Notes under the pieces: generated by a model
The model's database searches: none
What the model saw: only the letters and a program-made list of their open reading frames with translations
What the model was told of the DNA's origin: nothing
NCBI GenBank assembly: GCA_035703405.1
Contig: DASSYG010000365.1
Location: forward strand, 1-30,924
Length of the DNA: 30,924 bases
Direction: 5' to 3'
Origin: Acidimicrobiales bacterium
GTDB taxonomy: Bacteria > Actinomycetota > Acidimicrobiia > Acidimicrobiales > Iamiaceae
Program-made: the position numbers and the translations under genes
In this document: positions 26,272-30,924 of the stretch, one piece after another
Layout of the letters: every line of letters starts with the position of its first letter
How positions within the stretch are numbered: the first letter of the stretch is position 1

Positions 26272-26766
26272 GTGACATTCGTGGTTCTGGGAGTACTGGC
26301 CATCGTGTGGATTGTCGTCCTCGGCTCCTACGCGAAGGAGCGCATGGCCGACCGACGCACCGACAGCGTCTCCGCCTTCCACTCCCAGCTCTCGACCCTG
26401 CAGCGCACCCACGCCGGCCCCGGGTCGCGGTCACCACGTGGCACAGCCGGTCGCCCACCGGTTTCCTCCGCATCAGCGATGGCCTGTGCAGTGGCACGTC
26501 AGCGCCGCAAGAACGTCCTGCTGGGCCTGCTCACCGTTGCCCTTCTCACCGTGATGCTCGCCGTGGCGGCGCCGGGGCTCGTCACGATCGGCCTCGCCAT
26601 GATCAGCGTCGTCGCGTTCACCGGCTACGTGCTCCTGCTCGTCGAGCGGCAGCGGGTCGTCACCGAGCAGCACTCCAAGGTGCGCCCGATCTCCTCCGCG
26701 CGTCCCCGTCCGGCGATGCGTCAGGCGCCCGCCCGCCAGACGGTGCTCTCCGCGTCTCGGCGCTGA
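26272..26766 (+). CDS. Three-TM membrane protein, SepX/GlpR-like candidate
   Basis: N-terminal TM, then SVSAFHSQLSTL, a linker, ARQRRK and two TMs; lies downstream of galU-moaC. Confidence 0.6.
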   Translation: MTFVVLGVLAIVWIVVLGSYAKERMADRRTDSVSAFHSQLSTLQRTHAGPGSRSPRGTAGRPPVSSASAMACAVARQRRKNVLLGLLTVALLTVMLAVAAPGLVTIGLAMISVVAFTGYVLLLVERQRVVTEQHSKVRPISSARPRPAMRQAPARQTVLSASRR

Positions 26767-26772
26767 GTCAGC

Positions 26773-28293
26773 TCACTTCTCGGCAACACAGGTGGCCGGG
26801 GCGCCCAGTTCGAGCGTGCTGATCGCATAACCAGGAACGTGGCCGATCTCGCGTGAACCGCGATCGTTGATGCAGAACCACGTGTCGCCGTCGGGAATCC
26901 AGTGACGCACGTCGTGGTCGTCGACGTACCAGGTGGTCCCGTCGTCGTGGCGCAGGATCTGACCGCGGTACTCGGCGGGCAGGGTCGCAGCAGGATCGTC
27001 GACCTCATGGAAGGCGAGTGCCCCGGTGTAGCTGAGGGTGAGTCGTCCCTTGGAGAAGTCCTGGTAGTAGCCCACGGCGTTGTTCAGCGGATTCGATGCC
27101 GGCGTGCCCCAATCACCGGTGTCCTCTCCGTTGCCGTGCCACGTCGACCACACCACGTCGCCCAGGTAGAAGCCCGGCTGGTCGACCCCTGCACTGGCCA
27201 TTGCCCCGTGGTCGGTGATGATCAACGAGACCTTTCCCGATGCCGACATGGCGCGCCGGCGGGGGAGTCCGGCGAGGGCCTGGGCCTGGGTGCCGTCCTT
27301 CCCCCCGACCTGGTGGTACGAGGAGTACTCGGCCTGGGACATCAGCAGCACGTGGTCCGGGTCGATCGCCACGAGCGCACCGTCGGGGGCGCCGCCGTTG
27401 ACGAGCGGTTGGATGACGAGTTGGTCCCACCGCATGACCGGTGAACCCCCGCACGGTTCTGCCTCTCCCGGAGGGGTGAGCTGGGAGACCTGGGTCTCGA
27501 AGGGCACCTCGTAGGCCGCCAGTGCCGGATCGGTCGACTGGCCGACCGGATGGCACCCGGTGGCCCCGCCACCGGCGGTGGTGACGTGGCTGGTCGTGGA
27601 GGCGACCGCGATGGTGGAGGCCGCGGCCACTACGCCGTTGCCCGAATCCTCCCGTGTGGTGATCACCACCACGCCCGCCACGACGATGAGCAGCAACACG
27701 AGCGCGCCGGCGACCATGAACAGCCGTCGACCACGATCGGGTGATCGGATGTCCGATGCTGCGGCGGACGGCGGCGCATCGTCGGCGGCGGGATCGGACG
27801 GTCCTCCTCCGACGTCGACCGCGGCGGTGCGAGCATTGGTGTCGAGCGCACCGGCCAGTTGACGGACCGTTTCGTCCAGGAGACTCACACCGGTCGAGCG
27901 CCGTGCGCGCCGGTAGGCGTCGAAGGAGCAGTTGAAGGATGCCGACGCGCGTTCTCCACGCTGACGCAGTGGCGTCCACCGGTTGTCGCCGAACGCGAAC
28001 AGGGCTTCGGCCGCGGCACGGAACTGCGGATCGTCGATGGACTCGAGGCCACCGGTTATCCCCCTGCGGTAACCGGCGAGACGGCGGTCCGGGTCGTCGG
28101 GAACGTCGAGGTAGGTCGCGAGGACGGGGAGGTGGGCGTCACGGAGCGCCTTGGGGGATCGCATGCCGGCGACGCGCCGGAGGTCATCGACGAGGTCGTC
28201 GAGCGACGACGCATTCACCGACTCGCGCGCCGCGTGATCGGCGATCTCGGGAGCGACTTCAGCAGGGGTGGAGTGCTGCTCGTCCTCGGACAT
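26773..28293 (-). CDS. Single-pass membrane protein: helical N-terminal domain, TM, extracellular domain with an LGFP-like segment
   Basis: 506 aa; TM LFMVAGALVLLLIVVAGVVVIT; WGTPASNPLNNAVGYYQDFSKGRL resembles an LGFP repeat. Confidence 0.7.
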   Translation of the reverse strand: MSEDEQHSTPAEVAPEIADHAARESVNASSLDDLVDDLRRVAGMRSPKALRDAHLPVLATYLDVPDDPDRRLAGYRRGITGGLESIDDPQFRAAAEALFAFGDNRWTPLRQRGERASASFNCSFDAYRRARRSTGVSLLDETVRQLAGALDTNARTAAVDVGGGPSDPAADDAPPSAAASDIRSPDRGRRLFMVAGALVLLLIVVAGVVVITTREDSGNGVVAAASTIAVASTTSHVTTAGGGATGCHPVGQSTDPALAAYEVPFETQVSQLTPPGEAEPCGGSPVMRWDQLVIQPLVNGGAPDGALVAIDPDHVLLMSQAEYSSYHQVGGKDGTQAQALAGLPRRRAMSASGKVSLIITDHGAMASAGVDQPGFYLGDVVWSTWHGNGEDTGDWGTPASNPLNNAVGYYQDFSKGRLTLSYTGALAFHEVDDPAATLPAEYRGQILRHDDGTTWYVDDHDVRHWIPDGDTWFCINDRGSREIGHVPGYAISTLELGAPATCVAEK

Positions 28294-28514
28294 TGTCGTG
28301 GAGCTTAGGTCCCTCCGGGTGGCTCGGCCAGCGCCCCCGCCCCGACTTCAGATAGCAGATTCATCCAAATTTCCCGAAGCCCCCTGTTTTTCCCCCGTTC
28401 TGAGGCCGAGGAACCCTTGACCTTCAGGCCGAGCTGCCGTAAACCGTGGTGAGTCCTGAGGGAGGAGGGTGGGGCCACGTGCCGATGCGGGACGGCACGG
28501 CTCCGCCTCTCGTC

Positions 28515-28544
28515 GATCGGGGTCCGGTCATCCGGGCCCCGATC
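28515..28544. terminator. Hairpin just downstream of the CAP gene
   Basis: GATCGGGGTCCGG-tcat-CCGGGCCCCGATC; 12 of 13 positions Watson-Crick paired; 11 nt from the CAP stop. Confidence 0.6.
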
Positions 28545-28555
28545 CGACGGGCATT

Positions 28556-29026
28556 TCAGCAGACGTCGACGAATTCGTGCACCACGTAGTAGGTGTTGCC
28601 TCGCTTGGCGACGCCGGTTCCCATGTGGTCGTAGAGGGACGACAGCATGTTCGCCCGGTGACTCGGTGAGTTCATGAACGCGTTGTTGATCGCCAAGAGA
28701 CTCGGACCCATGCCGACATTCTCGCCCAGTCGGCACCACGTGCCGCTCCGATAGCCGCTGGTCAACGAACTGTGCCTGATCGTGCCGATACTGGCGAGAT
28801 GATTGGCCCAGTTCTGCGCCTTGGTGTCGGCAGGTCCGTAATCCGCGAGTTGGTGGACACCATTGACGGCCCTCGAGTAGATGATCTGGGCTTGGACGGT
28901 CGTCTGGTCTTCACTGAGGCAGCCGGCCAACACGGCGACCGTGAGGACCCCGGCAACGAGTGCGCCGAACATGCGACGTGACCGCGAACGGCCGGGTACA
29001 ACAGAAATTGATGGTACGAGCTCCAT
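28556..29026 (-). CDS. CAP/SCP-domain lipoprotein
   Basis: Lipobox LAGC; IRHSSL, LGENVG, FMNSPSHRANML, MGTGVA. Confidence 0.88.
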   Translation of the reverse strand: MELVPSISVVPGRSRSRRMFGALVAGVLTVAVLAGCLSEDQTTVQAQIIYSRAVNGVHQLADYGPADTKAQNWANHLASIGTIRHSSLTSGYRSGTWCRLGENVGMGPSLLAINNAFMNSPSHRANMLSSLYDHMGTGVAKRGNTYYVVHEFVDVC

Positions 29027-29153
29027 GGCCCCACATCGGCACACTCCGAGAGGAAGTTGAACGGAAGTTCCGGGGCATCGGAGACAACTCCGTCACAGTC
29101 GTCGGATCCGGCATGGCAGGGAATGGCCCACTAAGATCGACCGGGTCACCTCT

Positions 29154-29230
29154 GGGGGTGTAGCTCAGCTGGCTAGAGCGCTTCGGTCGCATCGAAGAGG
29201 TCGTGGGTTCGACTCCCATCACCTCCACCA
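29154..29230 (+). tRNA. tRNA-Ala(CGC)
   Basis: Acceptor stem GGGGGTG/CACCTCC with G3:U70; anticodon stem CTTCG/CGAAG, loop GTCGCAT (CGC at 29188-29190); TTCGA T-loop; encoded CCA. Confidence 0.96.
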
Positions 29231-29280
29231 GAGAAGCCCATGTGGGCACGTCAGAGCCACCACGGGCGGGCAGGGGAGGG

Positions 29281-30120
29281 TCAGGCTTCCCCGCGCACCA
29301 CGACGACCGGTGTAGTGGCGTGTTGGGCGACCTGGCGGCTCGTCGAACCCAGCAAGGTTCGTCTGAGCGGCCCGCGCCCCCGGTCGGCGATGACGATCAT
29401 CGCCGCGTCCGCGCCGTTTGCGAGGAGCGATTGCGCCGGCCCGCCGTTCACCGCCTCGACCTCGACGGTCAATCCTGCAAGCGATGGATCACCGGAAACC
29501 TCGGCCAGCAACTCGTCGGCGCCTTTCGCGAGCGCATCGTAGACCTCGGGCACGGCGACTTCGGCGAAAAGCGGCCATTGCCACGCGTGCACGAGGCGAA
29601 CAGATGCCCCCAGACTCGATGCCTCCGCGGCAGCCCACCGGAGCGCCCGCATCGACACATCCGAGCCGTCGACGCCGACGACGATCGTGTTTCGATGAGG
29701 CGTGGCATCGTCGACGTGGATGACCGCTACGGGACAGGGAGCGAGTTCGAGGATCCGCTGGCTGACCGAGCCGAGCAGGAGTCCCTCGAAGCCACCCAGG
29801 CCCCTGGCACCGACCACGATCGTGTCACCTGCGTCCGCGAATTCGGTGATCACCTCGGCGGCCGGACCCTGGATGCAGCGCTGGGTCACGCGGGGCGCCA
29901 GATCAGATGAGTCGATCGCCTTCGCGAGCACCCGCTGCGCGTCGACGTCGGTGAATTCCGGCTGCATCGCCTCACCGGCGGGCCGGTAGCCCTGGTCGAA
30001 GAACGACCAGGCGAGCACGGCGACGACCTCGTCGCCCGATCGCTCGGCCCGCTCGACCGCCCAGGCCAACGCACGTGCACTGTTCTCGGATCCGTCGATT
30101 CCGACAATCGTCCGACTCAT
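29281..30120 (-). CDS. Universal stress protein with two USP domains
   Basis: IVGIDGSENS...VVGARGLGGFEGLLLGSVS, repeated as IVVGVDGS...RGRGPLRRTLLGSTS. Confidence 0.94.
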   Translation of the reverse strand: MSRTIVGIDGSENSARALAWAVERAERSGDEVVAVLAWSFFDQGYRPAGEAMQPEFTDVDAQRVLAKAIDSSDLAPRVTQRCIQGPAAEVITEFADAGDTIVVGARGLGGFEGLLLGSVSQRILELAPCPVAVIHVDDATPHRNTIVVGVDGSDVSMRALRWAAAEASSLGASVRLVHAWQWPLFAEVAVPEVYDALAKGADELLAEVSGDPSLAGLTVEVEAVNGGPAQSLLANGADAAMIVIADRGRGPLRRTLLGSTSRQVAQHATTPVVVVRGEA

Positions 30121-30412
30121 GGCAACTCCTCGCTCAGGGGGATGTCATCGATCTCACTCTGCCTCCATCATCGCATCGATGTGTGGGGACCGAGCGAAAG
30201 TCGTTGACGCCGACTACCGATGGCGGTAGCACGTTGCCCACTATCGGATCCGAGTCTCTCGTGCTACCAGGGGACAACGGCCCGGATCTTACCGACGATC
30301 GGCGGTGGCATCCCGGCATTCGGCTCACGGTCCGCCCGGGTGCGCCGCTCCCAGGTCTGGCACGGGTGGGCACGATCTCGCGCCAGATCTGCCGGGGTGG
30401 TAGTCATCTGCC

Positions 30413-30924
30413 ATGGATACGGTTGATCCCCGCAACGACCCGGCCCACTCGACGCGTCAGAGTGGCGACGACCCGCTCGACTTTCTCGGCATTGACGAAC
30501 TGCTCGATGACACCGAAGTGCTGCTCCGTGACACGGTCCGGGCCTTCGTCGCCGATCGGGTGTTGCCCGACATCGCCGACTGGTTCGAACACGGCACCAT
30601 CCCGGCCGAACTCGGCCCGGAACTCGGCGCGCTCGGGCTGTTGGGTATGAACCTGCACGGCTACGGATGCTCCGGTACCACCGCGGTGCAGTATGGCCTG
30701 GCCTGTGCGGAACTGGAGGCGGGCGATTCGGGTATCCGCAGTTTCGTGTCGGTCCAGGGGTCGCTGTCGATGTTCCCGATCTGGATGTTCGGCTCCGATG
30801 ACCAGAAGAACGAATGGCTTCCCCGCATGGCCGCGGGAGAAGCGATCGGCTGCTTCGGGCTGACCGAGCCCGATTCGGGCTCGGATCCGGGCTCGATGCG
30901 CACCCGAGCGCGTCGCGACGGTGA
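30413..30924 (+). CDS. Acyl-CoA dehydrogenase (glutaryl-CoA dehydrogenase-like), 3'-truncated by the window edge
   Basis: Not in the ORF track (no stop inside the window). ATG 30413 gives ...DPLDFLGIDELL...YGLACAELEAGDSGIRSFVSVQGSL...GCFGLTEPDSGSDP. Confidence 0.92.
   Translation, partial: MDTVDPRNDPAHSTRQSGDDPLDFLGIDELLDDTEVLLRDTVRAFVADRVLPDIADWFEHGTIPAELGPELGALGLLGMNLHGYGCSGTTAVQYGLACAELEAGDSGIRSFVSVQGSLSMFPIWMFGSDDQKNEWLPRMAAGEAIGCFGLTEPDSGSDPGSMRTRARRDG

Noticed and set aside
29154-29230. tRNA as a possible amber suppressor explaining the RHS TAG codons
   Set aside because: The anticodon is CGC and G3:U70 marks alanine identity. The G32/U38 loop pair is unusual but does not change the call.
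26773-30120. Genomic island integrated at tRNA-Ala
   Set aside because: No integrase, and no duplicate of the tRNA 3' end seen in the window.
30225-30268. Second CIRCE element
   Set aside because: The arms contain TAGCAC, but the spacer is 26 nt rather than 9.
1-30924. CRISPR array, rRNA or prophage
   Set aside because: No regularly spaced direct repeats, rRNA-like tracts or phage structural genes seen.

Overview
High-GC actinobacterial chromosome segment. Gene content (DUF4214 surface domain, tldD/pmbA, hisE-hisG, fmdB-galU-moaC synteny) suggests Acidimicrobiia; this is inference, not a database result. Most of the window is housekeeping or ordinary accessory genes: enoyl-CoA hydratase, site-2 protease, RelBE-type toxin-antitoxin pair, nfuA, dxs, PAP2, GH15, tldD/pmbA, VOC, hisE/hisG, fmdB, galU, moaC, CAP lipoprotein, tRNA-Ala(CGC), USP and an acyl-CoA dehydrogenase. 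The accessory block at about 8.1-15.6 kb is the most interesting part. It holds one 1826-codon reading frame (8187..13667) for a Sec-type LamG-RHS/YD polymorphic toxin that is broken only by two in-frame TAG codons. The frame has a second lectin-like domain inserted in the YD shell, a strong G+T to A+C compositional gradient, and an internally duplicated Cys-paired C-terminal domain. A low-GC membrane immunity candidate follows, then an intact IS630 inserted into an IS3 relic. Other signals: a CIRCE-like operator before the FmdB-family gene, a MoaC with eroded conserved motifs next to a SepX/GlpR-like membrane protein, a bare C-terminal PxFTG motif on a secreted-type lipase, and a vapC relic. 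All family calls come from motif recognition by eye; no searches were run.
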